Positions 54,585 through 63,400 of a stretch of DNA of 64,000 nucleotides are shown here, piece after piece. The stretch is taken from the NCBI GenBank assembly GCA_041650715.1, contig JBAZKQ010000001.1, positions 390,945-454,944 on the forward strand, written 5' to 3'. The translations under genes and the position numbers were made by a program. Source of the DNA: Patescibacteria group bacterium (lineage in GTDB: Bacteria; Patescibacteriota; Patescibacteriia; Patescibacteriales; UBA12465). Position 1 is the stretch's first letter; the number at the start of each line of letters is the position of its first letter. The notes beneath the pieces were generated by a model. That model did no database searches and was not told the origin of the DNA. It saw only the letters and a list, made by a program, of their open reading frames with translations.

Positions 54585-54613
54585 TTGACAAATTGTTCAA
54601 AATATCATAATGT
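54585..54613 (+). promoter_or_regulatory. Predicted promoter of the 314-aa gene
   Basis: TTGACA (54585-54590), 17 nt, TAATGT (54608-54613). The -35 is the right arm of a 9-bp inverted repeat TTTGTCAAT (54551-54559) / ATTGACAAA (54584-54592). Confidence 0.5.
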
Positions 54614-54656
54614 CTGAGCATAGTTAACATATTTACGAACCTTAAAAACTGATACC

Positions 54657-55601
54657 ATGAGAAACAAACTCATTATCGGCAATATTCCGGGGCACAAGGA
54701 TGTTTCCGGGGTATTATTTGATTTCCTGAAAAAATGGAATCGAACAATTAACCCAAAGCAATTAGCCGCCTTTCTGCAGAATATAGATGCTTGGAGCGGC
54801 CAATTCTTGGTAAATGTACCGAAAGATTACGACGGCTTACTGGACGAATTAAAAATTCAACTCTTAAGTGGAGCCAAGTCGATCTTCCAATTCAAGCTCT
54901 TCGTCAAGGGGCAGGACTATCTCAATCCCTGGCAATGCCAACTTGAAGCAATTACGGCTTTTTATCAAGAAGTTTTTAATCTTGAGATAAGTCTCAAAGC
55001 CTACGAACCGCGCTTTACCGTTACTGACAATTTTATGTATTTTCCTAAAGAATTATGTATTAGCGATGACAAGCTCTTTGATTTATGGGAAATATATCGC
55101 AATGGTAATCTCGCCGGGCAAATACGCGATCTCGGCTTGCGCCGCTCTGAACCAATCGGCCTTAATTATGGCGTACAGACCAAAAGACTTCTTCAGTATA
55201 ATTTGCGCTCTAATACTTCCGACTACATTCTAACTTACAAAGAAAAGTATGTCACCGAAGACTTAGGAGAAATTTATCGTTTTTCCTATGATTTACAGTA
55301 CAAACCAGCTGTCGTTGACCAGGGCGGAATTACGCTACGTGAAGCTTTTATTTTATGCATGTTTGAATTCTGGAAAAAATCGCAGTACTTCAGCCCCCGC
55401 AAAAACCAAGAAAAATACCTTGCGATTCCCTGCTACGGCTCAGTTTGCGCCGATATTTTTTCCGAAAAAGACCGCGTGCAAATACCGATAATCATTCTCA
55501 CACCAAATGATATCCAGTCCACCTGGGCATCGCAGAAAAAAAATATGCCTCGCTTTAAACTGGCAAAAATCTACCAGGGTGAAGATTGGTATTTACTCTA
55601 A
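54657..55601 (+). CDS. Hypothetical protein
   Basis: 314-aa ORF. No TM, no motif recognised. Confidence 0.5.
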   Translation: MRNKLIIGNIPGHKDVSGVLFDFLKKWNRTINPKQLAAFLQNIDAWSGQFLVNVPKDYDGLLDELKIQLLSGAKSIFQFKLFVKGQDYLNPWQCQLEAITAFYQEVFNLEISLKAYEPRFTVTDNFMYFPKELCISDDKLFDLWEIYRNGNLAGQIRDLGLRRSEPIGLNYGVQTKRLLQYNLRSNTSDYILTYKEKYVTEDLGEIYRFSYDLQYKPAVVDQGGITLREAFILCMFEFWKKSQYFSPRKNQEKYLAIPCYGSVCADIFSEKDRVQIPIIILTPNDIQSTWASQKKNMPRFKLAKIYQGEDWYLL

Positions 55602-55626
55602 AATATCAAAAATATAGAAATTCTCT

Positions 55627-55652
55627 ACAGGCCCTAAAAAAGCCTGTTTTTT
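55627..55652 (+). terminator. Intrinsic terminator
   Basis: ACAGGC-CCTAAAAAA-GCCTGTTTTTT. Confidence 0.7.
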
Positions 55653-55763
55653 ATTAAAAGAAAATATTCCTATTTGCGTAATATTCTTCAGATAGATATA
55701 ACTCAAACAAATTCAATGAGATATGGGATAAGCGTGCCTAATAAAATTAAGCGATTATCAAAT

Positions 55764-56141
55764 ATGAATAAATACAAAAAGGTAGCAATAAATATTGCTA
55801 TCATAACGATAATTCTCAGCACCGGCTTGAGCGCGAGTTGTGTAACGAATATAGGCGTGGCCAGCGCCGATGCTCCTGAGTCGGATATAAACGTATTAGC
55901 CAAAGAAAATTCAAAACTTTCTGCGGAAAAACAAGCAAAAATTCTCAACGCCTTCGAAAACAATGATTACGGAACCTGGGTTAAATTGGTGGGACAAAAC
56001 AATAAAATAAATAGCATCATTGACCAGGCCACTTTTAACAATTTCGTGATGGCGCGCAACGCAGCGCGAAATGGCCAATATAAAAAAGCTCTCAAAATTA
56101 CCGAGAGCCTTAAAAAAGGATTGGCTAATAAACTTGCCTAA
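55764..56141 (+). CDS. Small secreted hypothetical protein
   Basis: Start set at the ATG at 55764, giving a canonical signal peptide MNKYKKVAINIAIITIILSTGLSASCVTNIGVASA. The ORF-track start at 55674 is a TTG. Confidence 0.5.
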   Translation: MNKYKKVAINIAIITIILSTGLSASCVTNIGVASADAPESDINVLAKENSKLSAEKQAKILNAFENNDYGTWVKLVGQNNKINSIIDQATFNNFVMARNAARNGQYKKALKITESLKKGLANKLA

Positions 56142-56163
56142 GCGGCCGAGATGAAAGGTCCAA

Positions 56164-57300
56164 TTATAGACCTCTTATAATTTCGACATATAATTCATTA
56201 AATTTTTCTTCTACTTTTTGCCAAGTATAATTTTTGGCGGATTTTAGTGCGTTAATTTGCAGTTCAGACTGCATTTTTTTATTGTCGAGGAGCAGGCAGA
56301 CTTTAGAATAAAAATCGGCGCTCTTACCCGCTGCCGCGAGCAAACCGTTCTCGCCGCTAATAACAAGCCCGCGCGATCCGCCGGCGTCAGCCAGGATCGG
56401 AACCAAACCAGAGGCAAGCGCTTCCAGACTTACGTTACCGAATGTTTCGGTCGCCGATGGAAATAAAAAAATATCGCTGGAGGCGAAAGCTTCTGATAAA
56501 CTTTCTCCCTCAAGATGACCTAAAAAAATCGCGCCAGGCATTAGTGTTTCGAGTTCCCTCCGCGCCGGCCCATCACCGGCTAAAACCATTTCAAAATCAG
56601 AGCGGCTCTCGCGCAATAAATTATACGTGGCCGCCAAAGAACGTAATTCCTTTTCCCAAGTTATTCGCCCGGCATATAAAATAATTGATTTTTCTCTGCC
56701 GGAATTATTTTCTTTGGAGATAATATTTCGGCGCCACTCGCTGGAGCGAAAACTCGGATTAAATTTAGCAGTATCAACTCCCCAGGGAATAGTATGAACA
56801 TTTTTAATACCACGGCTTTCAAGTTCAGCACTAACAGACTTCGAGGGCGTACTGACTAATCTCATTTTATTATAGAGGCGACGAAATATTAACCAGATGA
56901 ACGGCCGCAAAAAACTTAGGTGATAATATTTGAGATAACGCGCGAAATCTGTATGATAAGTCGCGACAATCGGAATATTTCTTTTCTTGGCGTATTTCAC
57001 CGCCGCCCAGGCTAAAGTATCCGGGCTATGCACATGAATAATGTCCGGCCTAAACTCATCTAACTTCCGTGCAAAACCGCGCATGCCCGGATAAGGTAAT
57101 TTATATTCTTTGTAGAGGGGAAAAACCATGGCGGGAACGGTAATAATCGGCACCACTAAAGTTTTTTCGTCTTCTTCCGCCAGTCCGGTTATAATTATCG
57201 TTTCATTTCCCCGGGCTTGTGCTTCGCGAATAAGCGCCAAAAGAACACGCGTCACCCCGTCTTCTTTTTTTAGTGTCCCGAGAAAATAGGCAATTTTCAT
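56164..57300 (-). CDS. Glycosyltransferase family 4 (GT-B)
   Basis: DIIHVHSPD ... FLFPSATETFGNVSLEALASGLVPILADAGGSRGLV. Confidence 0.85.
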   Translation of the reverse strand: MKIAYFLGTLKKEDGVTRVLLALIREAQARGNETIIITGLAEEDEKTLVVPIITVPAMVFPLYKEYKLPYPGMRGFARKLDEFRPDIIHVHSPDTLAWAAVKYAKKRNIPIVATYHTDFARYLKYYHLSFLRPFIWLIFRRLYNKMRLVSTPSKSVSAELESRGIKNVHTIPWGVDTAKFNPSFRSSEWRRNIISKENNSGREKSIILYAGRITWEKELRSLAATYNLLRESRSDFEMVLAGDGPARRELETLMPGAIFLGHLEGESLSEAFASSDIFLFPSATETFGNVSLEALASGLVPILADAGGSRGLVISGENGLLAAAGKSADFYSKVCLLLDNKKMQSELQINALKSAKNYTWQKVEEKFNELYVEIIRGL

Positions 57301-57304
57301 AATC

Positions 57305-57925
57305 TTAATTTAATGGCTTTGCCTTATTATTAAATTTTCGACGCAGATACGGAATAATATAAAAAACTAAAATTATGATTAGGGCGACAATGGCCAAAAC
57401 CTGCCAAAAACTAAAGTAGGCGATAAATTTTGTCCATTCGGGACCGAGTAAGCGACCAGCTAAAACATAACCCCCGCTCCAAAGTATCGCTGATAGAACA
57501 ACTGAGACAAAAAATTTAGGCGGCGGAATTTTTAATAAGCCGGCCGCTACCGAGGCATAACCGCGCAAATAAGGCAGCAGGCGTCCGAGAAATACTCCCC
57601 AGGCACCGCCTTTGGCCACGCGTATTTTTAAACGCTCGATTTTGGCTACCGGCAACCAACGCGGGGCATGACGCAAAATACGCTCACCAAAATAATAAAA
57701 AACTCCGTATAGAACGGAGGTGCCAATAATGTCAGCTGAAACCCCGGCCAAAAGAATAAGTGGAAAACTTAGCTCTCCGGTCGAAGCGAGATAGCCGGCA
57801 AAAAGCAGAATGACTTCATTCGGGACCGGATTAGGCATGCCCAGCTCCTGCAAAAAAATTAAAGAAAAAACAGCTACATAGCCGTGTCCAATTATATAAG
57901 TTGCGAGCTCTGGTGGGAAAACCAT
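57305..57925 (-). CDS. DedA/SNARE-associated family membrane protein
   Basis: FLQELGMPNPVPNEVILLFAGYL ... RLLPYLRGYASVAAGL. The ATG at 57925 is preferred over the TTG at 57934. Confidence 0.75.
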   Translation of the reverse strand: MVFPPELATYIIGHGYVAVFSLIFLQELGMPNPVPNEVILLFAGYLASTGELSFPLILLAGVSADIIGTSVLYGVFYYFGERILRHAPRWLPVAKIERLKIRVAKGGAWGVFLGRLLPYLRGYASVAAGLLKIPPPKFFVSVVLSAILWSGGYVLAGRLLGPEWTKFIAYFSFWQVLAIVALIIILVFYIIPYLRRKFNNKAKPLN

Positions 57926-57953
57926 TGAATTCAATTTAAATTATTTAATCCTG

Positions 57954-58613
57954 TTAATTATTATGTTCATTGAGTCCATAGCGGAAAATATCATAATCTT
58001 TCGGAAATATATATTTCGCGATTTGCAGAATCGTATAGGTAATAAAGAAAGCGGCAAAAACATCGATTGAGTAATGCATATGGCCGAGCAAAACGACCGC
58101 CCCGAAAAATAGCGAAGACACTAAACAAAAAGCTCTTAAATATTTAACATCCCAAAATAATAGAGTCATAAGAAAGGGCAAACCGGTATGGCTCGAGAAA
58201 AACAAATCTTTCCCGGTTGTAAAAACGCTAAAAAACCCCGTGCTGATTATTAAATTCTGATCCGGAAAGGGGCCGATATGTGTCATGCTAATAAAGAAGG
58301 AGCGGATAAAAAGAAAAGCGGCAATACTATTAAGGGTAAAGGGTAGCTTTTTCGGCTCTAAAAAAATAAAATAAATACCGACGATCACCCAAAATATCAC
58401 CGGCCCATAAACGAAAATATTGGCCACATCAAGCACAGGGAGATTGCTCAAAATAACATCAGTTACCGAGGCGCTCGCGCTCTCGGTCGCGTAGATAATC
58501 GCGAAGTAGGTCATCGCCACGCCGATGAGTAAAAACAGAAAAGATAGCGCTACTCTCAAGAAATACTTTTTATTCTTAAGATAGCTTAAATATTTTATGC
58601 GCCAGTTTTTCAT
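57954..58613 (-). CDS. PAP2_C / sphingomyelin-synthase-like membrane phosphotransferase
   Basis: 6 TM. FFSSHTGLPFL and HMHYSIDVFAAFFITY match the SGH...HY(S/T)xD(V/I) catalytic pattern of the PAP2_C group. Confidence 0.55.
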   Translation of the reverse strand: MKNWRIKYLSYLKNKKYFLRVALSFLFLLIGVAMTYFAIIYATESASASVTDVILSNLPVLDVANIFVYGPVIFWVIVGIYFIFLEPKKLPFTLNSIAAFLFIRSFFISMTHIGPFPDQNLIISTGFFSVFTTGKDLFFSSHTGLPFLMTLLFWDVKYLRAFCLVSSLFFGAVVLLGHMHYSIDVFAAFFITYTILQIAKYIFPKDYDIFRYGLNEHNN

Positions 58614-58762
58614 ATGAATTAAAATTAGCCGAGCCTTAATTATGGATTAATTATAGCCTAAAAGCAGTAATTATAGAAGTTTATTGGCGGATGATGAATT
58701 ATGATATAATAACTATAGACACTAAAAATCGTCTTATCGAAGACAATTAATAAGCAAATATT

Positions 58763-59368
58763 ATGAAAATAGATTTTCCTTTAGCATCAGACGGTAAATA
58801 TCATCAATATTGCCAAAAATGCCATTCTGAAAATATTGAACGAATTTTTGAAAATGAAAAAACTTTTTATCTCTGCAAAAGCTGCGGCACTAAATCTCCC
58901 CGGCTTATTGTTATTGACCCGAAAATTATCTGGTGGATAGACAAAGAAACCAAAGAATATTGGCACGAAAGCGTAGGCGTTTTTGTTTTTAATCAACTCG
59001 GGCAAGCTTTATTTTTCGAACGGATTATTTATCCGTTTGCTTTCACGATACCGGCAGGACATTTAGACGTCGGCGAAGACTTTGAGACAGCCGCCAAAAG
59101 AGAGCTCAAAGAAGAGGCGGGGATAAATGTATCCGCTCTTAATCTTTTTGTAGAGGAAAATATTAAAGGTGACGGTTGCCGGCGCGGTGCTGATTATCAT
59201 AAATGGCATCTTTATACCGTAAAAATTAGTGCAGTCGCTAATATAAAAATTAACGACGAAGGCATAAAGCCAGTCTGGCTTTCTCTTGATGAGGCCCTAC
59301 AAAAGGATCTCACCTATCCTGTTCGGTATTTTATTGAAAAATATGGACAAAAACTTCTGGAAAATTAA
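58763..59368 (+). CDS. NUDIX hydrolase with N-terminal zinc ribbon
   Basis: CQKCHS...CKSCG zinc ribbon. Nudix box GHLDVGEDFETAAKRELKEEAGI. Confidence 0.9.
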   Translation: MKIDFPLASDGKYHQYCQKCHSENIERIFENEKTFYLCKSCGTKSPRLIVIDPKIIWWIDKETKEYWHESVGVFVFNQLGQALFFERIIYPFAFTIPAGHLDVGEDFETAAKRELKEEAGINVSALNLFVEENIKGDGCRRGADYHKWHLYTVKISAVANIKINDEGIKPVWLSLDEALQKDLTYPVRYFIEKYGQKLLEN

Positions 59369-59398
59369 TTTTATAGGTAAAGAAAATTTTAATCTAAA

Positions 59399-59428
59399 AT
59401 AAAAAAAGGAGGTGGGTACCTCCTTTGA
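59399..59428. terminator. Bidirectional hairpin terminator
   Basis: AAAAAAAGGAGGT-GGGT-ACCTCCTTTG: 8-bp stem (59406-59413 / 59418-59425). Confidence 0.7.
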
Positions 59429-59450
59429 ATTTCACTTTTTTTAAATTTTT

Positions 59451-60221
59451 TTAGCGACTAGCTTTGTTGGCTATCAGCTGAGAAAACTGATCAATTTTTT
59501 CTTTGTCCTCCTCGTCTTGATAGTTTTCCTCATCCTCTTTTTTGTGCTCAGACAAATACTTAGCATAGGCAACGGCTACAAGGCTTTTCCAGGATTTTTC
59601 ATCTACTCCAACGGGTGAACAGTAGTAGACATCAATATAGTCATGCTCACCTTTTTTTGGTTCTTCGTATTGCCAAGGTGCCAGTACCATCTGGTCGATG
59701 CGGAACGAAGCGTTATTAAACATAAACTCGGTAGTCGTGCTTAGTGTTAAAATTACGTTGACAATAATCCAGGCAACGAGTGCAATCCAGTATTCATAAG
59801 CGCGCCCTGACTCCAAAAGATTAGCATCTTCCTTTATAAAATATATATAGATGATGCCAACAATAATGGCGGGAATAACGCCGCGATAAAATGAATTGTC
59901 ATTATCCGAATCGTCGATTTCCGGACTGTATTTGTTTTTTAGCAGTCTCTTGTATTTAAGCGGAAAATATATTGCCCCATAAATAAAGTGACCGAGATAC
60001 ATAACAGCGGCCATCCATAAGAATGTTGCCGGCCAGCCAATTGATGTTTCAGAGCTATACCCAGTAGTAGTTGTTTGCAAATAGTAAATTGACCCCGTAT
60101 ATTGAGCCGGGATGAGAGTAGCAGCAACCAAGGCGATTGCGATCAGAAGATAAGCATAGGAAATTATAGCCTTTCCATTTAGCTTTGCGATAATTTTTTC
60201 AATCTGAATTTCGGTTTCCAT
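59451..60221 (-). CDS. Hypothetical polytopic membrane protein with acidic C-terminal tail
   Basis: 256 aa, about 5 TM. Tail KKEDEENYQDEEDKEK. No motif recognised. Confidence 0.55.
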   Translation of the reverse strand: METEIQIEKIIAKLNGKAIISYAYLLIAIALVAATLIPAQYTGSIYYLQTTTTGYSSETSIGWPATFLWMAAVMYLGHFIYGAIYFPLKYKRLLKNKYSPEIDDSDNDNSFYRGVIPAIIVGIIYIYFIKEDANLLESGRAYEYWIALVAWIIVNVILTLSTTTEFMFNNASFRIDQMVLAPWQYEEPKKGEHDYIDVYYCSPVGVDEKSWKSLVAVAYAKYLSEHKKEDEENYQDEEDKEKIDQFSQLIANKASR

Positions 60222-60349
60222 TATTTAAGAGTTTATTTGGTGAATATTCCGTTATTTATTTATTTAATTTTCAAAGATCTTAACGATAAAATATAGCATA
60301 TTAGTAAATATTTGTCAATAATATTCTAATAATTTTGCTATTTTTAGCC

Positions 60350-61654
60350 CTATACCACCCCTCCCAAATATGGAATCGCCAAGCGCTTGCGCATGGTTTC
60401 ACCTTTAAATAAATCCCCTTTTCTTTCCGTCGCCCTTTGCCTCTCGCCGCCATGCTGCGCCTTAGTCATGGCGGAAAAACTGGAACCGAGGAATAAAGTA
60501 TGCTTGCCGTAGCGTCTTGATATGCCGTCCACGCTCCCGAATATTTTCGAAATTTTTTCGGCCGTTAAAACTTCATTAAATAAATCGGCCTGGCGAGAAG
60601 TATTTTCTTTTAAATCCATCATGACGATGCCGGAGGCACGAAATAATCTTCCTGATACAAAAACGGAAGCAAAATACTGATCAATCATTTTAATAATTTC
60701 AATCGGATTATCCGTCGGCCGGATAAGTTTAACTTCATATCCCTGGTAATGAAAATCCTGCGTCTTCAAGAAAAAAAATATCTTAGCGGCCGCTAACTGG
60801 TAGCGGCGCAATTTAATACAGGCGTTTTCCACGTTTTTCGAAAGCTGACTAAAGATATATTCCCGGTCCGTCGAAGGCGGTGTAAAAGTTTTGGTTTTAC
60901 TGACGGATTGGTAAGCATTCTTTTTTCCTGGGTCAACTCGATAGACCATTTGCCCTCTTAATTCTTGCCAAATTTCCTGGTGGGGTTTAGTTAGATTTCT
61001 TTTTATCCACATTTCATCTTTTTCCGCAAACTCTAAGGCCGTATTAATCCCATATTTATTTAAGTAGGCAGTTGTTTGCGGGCCAATACCCCAAATCTTA
61101 TCAATACTTGTCTTCTCCAAAAATAAATGAATATCCTGCCCGGGAATAATTGTTAGTCCGGACGGCTTTTTCCATTTTGAACCCAGTTTAGCGAGCACTT
61201 TAGTCGGCGCGAGTCCAACCGAGAAGGTAAATCCTAATTCGCTATCTAAAGCGTCCTTAATCTTTCCTGCCATCTGCTCATAAGACATATTTAAAGGCCT
61301 CTGAAGGCCCGTTAAATCAGCGAAACACTCATCAATGCTATATTCTTCTACCTCAGGCGTAAAGCGCCGCACAATGCTATACATGCGTAAAGAATAAAGG
61401 CTATAAGTTTCATAATCCGAGGGTAAAAAAACCACATCCGGGCAAATCCGTTTCACTTCTTTTAAAGACATGGCTCGCCTAACGCCGCGCGCTTTCGCCT
61501 CGTAAGTTAAGGAGGAAACGATTCCCCGTTCGAGCCCAGTTACGACCGGCCTCCCTTTTAATTCCGGCCGCCGCGCCACTTCGCAAGACGCAAAAAAACA
61601 ATCACCGTCCACGTGCAGAATCGCTTGCGGAAATGACGCTAAACTCAGAGGCAT
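60350..61654 (-). CDS. Y-family translesion DNA polymerase (UmuC/DinB-like)
   Basis: ILHVDGDCFFASCE, YSIDECFADLTG, IWGIGPQT. Sits 9 nt downstream of the LexA-like gene. Confidence 0.9.
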   Translation of the reverse strand: MPLSLASFPQAILHVDGDCFFASCEVARRPELKGRPVVTGLERGIVSSLTYEAKARGVRRAMSLKEVKRICPDVVFLPSDYETYSLYSLRMYSIVRRFTPEVEEYSIDECFADLTGLQRPLNMSYEQMAGKIKDALDSELGFTFSVGLAPTKVLAKLGSKWKKPSGLTIIPGQDIHLFLEKTSIDKIWGIGPQTTAYLNKYGINTALEFAEKDEMWIKRNLTKPHQEIWQELRGQMVYRVDPGKKNAYQSVSKTKTFTPPSTDREYIFSQLSKNVENACIKLRRYQLAAAKIFFFLKTQDFHYQGYEVKLIRPTDNPIEIIKMIDQYFASVFVSGRLFRASGIVMMDLKENTSRQADLFNEVLTAEKISKIFGSVDGISRRYGKHTLFLGSSFSAMTKAQHGGERQRATERKGDLFKGETMRKRLAIPYLGGVV

Positions 61655-61663
61655 AATTTTAGA

Positions 61664-62230
61664 TTAATATTTTCTAATAACGGCTTTAACGACCGCCGCA
61701 ATTTTTAATTCTTCTTGGGGATAAATTAAAGGAAATTTTATATTAGCCGGTTCGAGATAGACGCCTTTGCCATCTTTACGTAAATATTTTATCGTCCATT
61801 TATTATCGACTTCCGCAATCACGATATCACCCGCGACCGCCGTCTGACTGCGGTCGACCAAAACCATATCACCCGGCAAAATCCCGGCATCCTTCATGGA
61901 TTCGCCGCTGACCTTGAGCATATAGGTCGCTTCTTTATTTTTAATCAAATAATCATCCATACTCATGGTGTCCGCCAGCTCCTCTTCGGCGGGCGACGGA
62001 AAGCCGGCCTCAACTTGTCCGAGCACTTTTAATTCGCCGTATAAATTTTTCGGAATTAATCTTCCCTTCGTATCTTTGCTTAAAAAATTTTCCTCGATTA
62101 ATTTATTGACCAATTTAAAAACCGCATTCTTAGATTTAAAACCAAGAATAGTCATAATCTCGGCATAATTCGGCATGCGCCGATTACGGCGATAAAAACG
62201 CACGATTTGGCTTTTATACTTTTCCTGCAT
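61664..62230 (-). CDS. lexA: LexA-type repressor (winged-helix N-terminus plus S24 self-cleaving peptidase; UmuD-like cleavage region)
   Basis: N-terminus RRMPNYAEIMTILGFKSKNAVFKLVNKLIEENFL. Cleavage region QVEAGFPSPAEE. Catalytic Ser in LKVSGESMKDAGI and Lys in WTIKYL. Confidence 0.8.
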   Translation of the reverse strand: MQEKYKSQIVRFYRRNRRMPNYAEIMTILGFKSKNAVFKLVNKLIEENFLSKDTKGRLIPKNLYGELKVLGQVEAGFPSPAEEELADTMSMDDYLIKNKEATYMLKVSGESMKDAGILPGDMVLVDRSQTAVAGDIVIAEVDNKWTIKYLRKDGKGVYLEPANIKFPLIYPQEELKIAAVVKAVIRKY

Positions 62231-62270
62231 AAATTTTATAAAAAATTTAAAGGCTTAATCTTATTTCTAT

Positions 62271-62299
62271 ATTATAGTGAACATACGTTCACTTGTAAA
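62271..62299 (-). promoter_or_regulatory. LexA-operon promoter with embedded SOS (Cheo-type) box
   Basis: Minus strand TTTACA-17 nt-TATAAT. The 17-nt spacer contains the perfect palindrome GTGAAC-ATAC-GTTCAC (62277-62292), which matches the Gram-positive LexA consensus core GAAC-N4-GTTC. Confidence 0.75.
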
Positions 62300-62305
62300 G
62301 AGAAA

Positions 62306-62336
62306 TAAAAAAAAGCCCGGATTGTAATTCCGGGCT
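62306..62336 (-). terminator. Intrinsic terminator after the 67-aa gene
   Basis: AAAAAAAAAGCCCGGA-TTGTAAT-TCCGGGC with a T-run on the minus strand. Confidence 0.8.
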
Positions 62337-62356
62337 GCGATAAATGGATTCATTAC

Positions 62357-62560
62357 TTAACTAAGCTTTCTCTCAGCATGATAGATACACACCAGCTTAT
62401 TGCCGATAGAGGTGCCACTAGAATCTACCCCCTTACTAATCGGGACTAATTGATAGTCAGCCGGTGACAACTCATTGCGATTGATAAAGTCGGTTACCCT
62501 TGATATTTCGGACTTTGTTTCAAAGTCATGAAAGGTTTCACTGAATGCTTTTTTTGCCAT
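62357..62560 (-). CDS. Hypothetical small protein
   Basis: 67-aa ORF with its own terminator. No motif recognised. Confidence 0.45.
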   Translation of the reverse strand: MAKKAFSETFHDFETKSEISRVTDFINRNELSPADYQLVPISKGVDSSGTSIGNKLVCIYHAERKLS

Positions 62561-62776
62561 GATTACTTTTTTTTATGTTTATATATACTACTTATGTTTA
62601 TCTATGCCAGGGCTTCGATTGCCCAGCGATTAATGCAAGGATTGATTCCAACCAATAAGAAACTTTAGCATTTCAGCCACTATTTGTCAATTAAGACGCG
62701 ATGGCCTGCGTCTATCAAAAATTCTAAATTTTGCGTATAATATCAGAACAGTATTAAATAATAATCATAAAAGTAT

Positions 62777-63292
62777 ATGAATCCAAACACAATTACCGCC
62801 ATCAATAAGCAAATAAACGAAGAATTATTCTCTTCCTATTTATATCTGTCGATGGCCGCCTATTTCGAGGCCCAGAACTTAAAGGGCTTCGCGAACTGGA
62901 TGCGCGTCCAAGTGAAAGAAGAAAATGATCATGCCATGGGCTTTTTCAACCATCTCCTGAGCCGCGGCGCCGACGTTGAACTCACGGAAATCTTAAAACC
63001 GGAAAATAAATTTAAGGATGTTTTAACGATTTTCGAGATGACTCTTGACCACGAAAAACATATTACCGCCTCTATTAACAATCTCTACGAAACCGCCTTG
63101 ACGGAAAAAGACTACGCCGTACAATCACTCTTAAAATGGTATATCGATGAACAGGTTGAAGAAGAGGCCAATGCCCAAGAATTAATCGATAAAATAAAAT
63201 TAATCGGAGGAAAAGGCGACGCACTCTTGCTTCTGGACCGAGAATTATCCACAAGGCAATACGTGGCCGCTCCCTTTCTGGCCGGCAAATAA
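62777..63292 (+). CDS. ftn: Non-haem ferritin
   Basis: NEELFSSYLYLSMAAYFEAQNLKGFANWMRVQVKEENDHAMGFFNHL (ferroxidase E/ExxH ligands) ... WYIDEQVEEE. Confidence 0.9.
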   Translation: MNPNTITAINKQINEELFSSYLYLSMAAYFEAQNLKGFANWMRVQVKEENDHAMGFFNHLLSRGADVELTEILKPENKFKDVLTIFEMTLDHEKHITASINNLYETALTEKDYAVQSLLKWYIDEQVEEEANAQELIDKIKLIGGKGDALLLLDRELSTRQYVAAPFLAGK

Positions 63293-63317
63293 ATAAAAAT
63301 ATAAAGAAATAAATAAA

Positions 63318-63341
63318 GAACTGGCGATGAGCCAGTTTTTT
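63318..63341 (+). terminator. Intrinsic terminator after ferritin
   Basis: AACTGGC-GATGA-GCCAGTTTTTT. Confidence 0.8.
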
Positions 63342-63368
63342 ATTAGGGTTTTAAGATATTGTCGCCAA

Positions 63369-63384
63369 ATACTATATATGGTAT
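63369..63384. promoter_or_regulatory. NrdR-box-like palindrome 1
   Basis: ATACTATATATGGTAT versus the remembered NrdR consensus ACACTATATATAGTGT (13/16). Overlaps a TATAAT at 63382-63387. Confidence 0.5.
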
Positions 63385-63400
63385 AATAAATATAATTAAT

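Noticed and set aside
62752-62772. Fur-box-like AT-rich sequence (AAATAATAATCATAAAA) upstream of ferritin
   Set aside because: Only about 12 of 19 positions match the remembered GATAATGATAATCATTATC consensus, and the background is AT-rich. This is not distinguishable from chance by eye.
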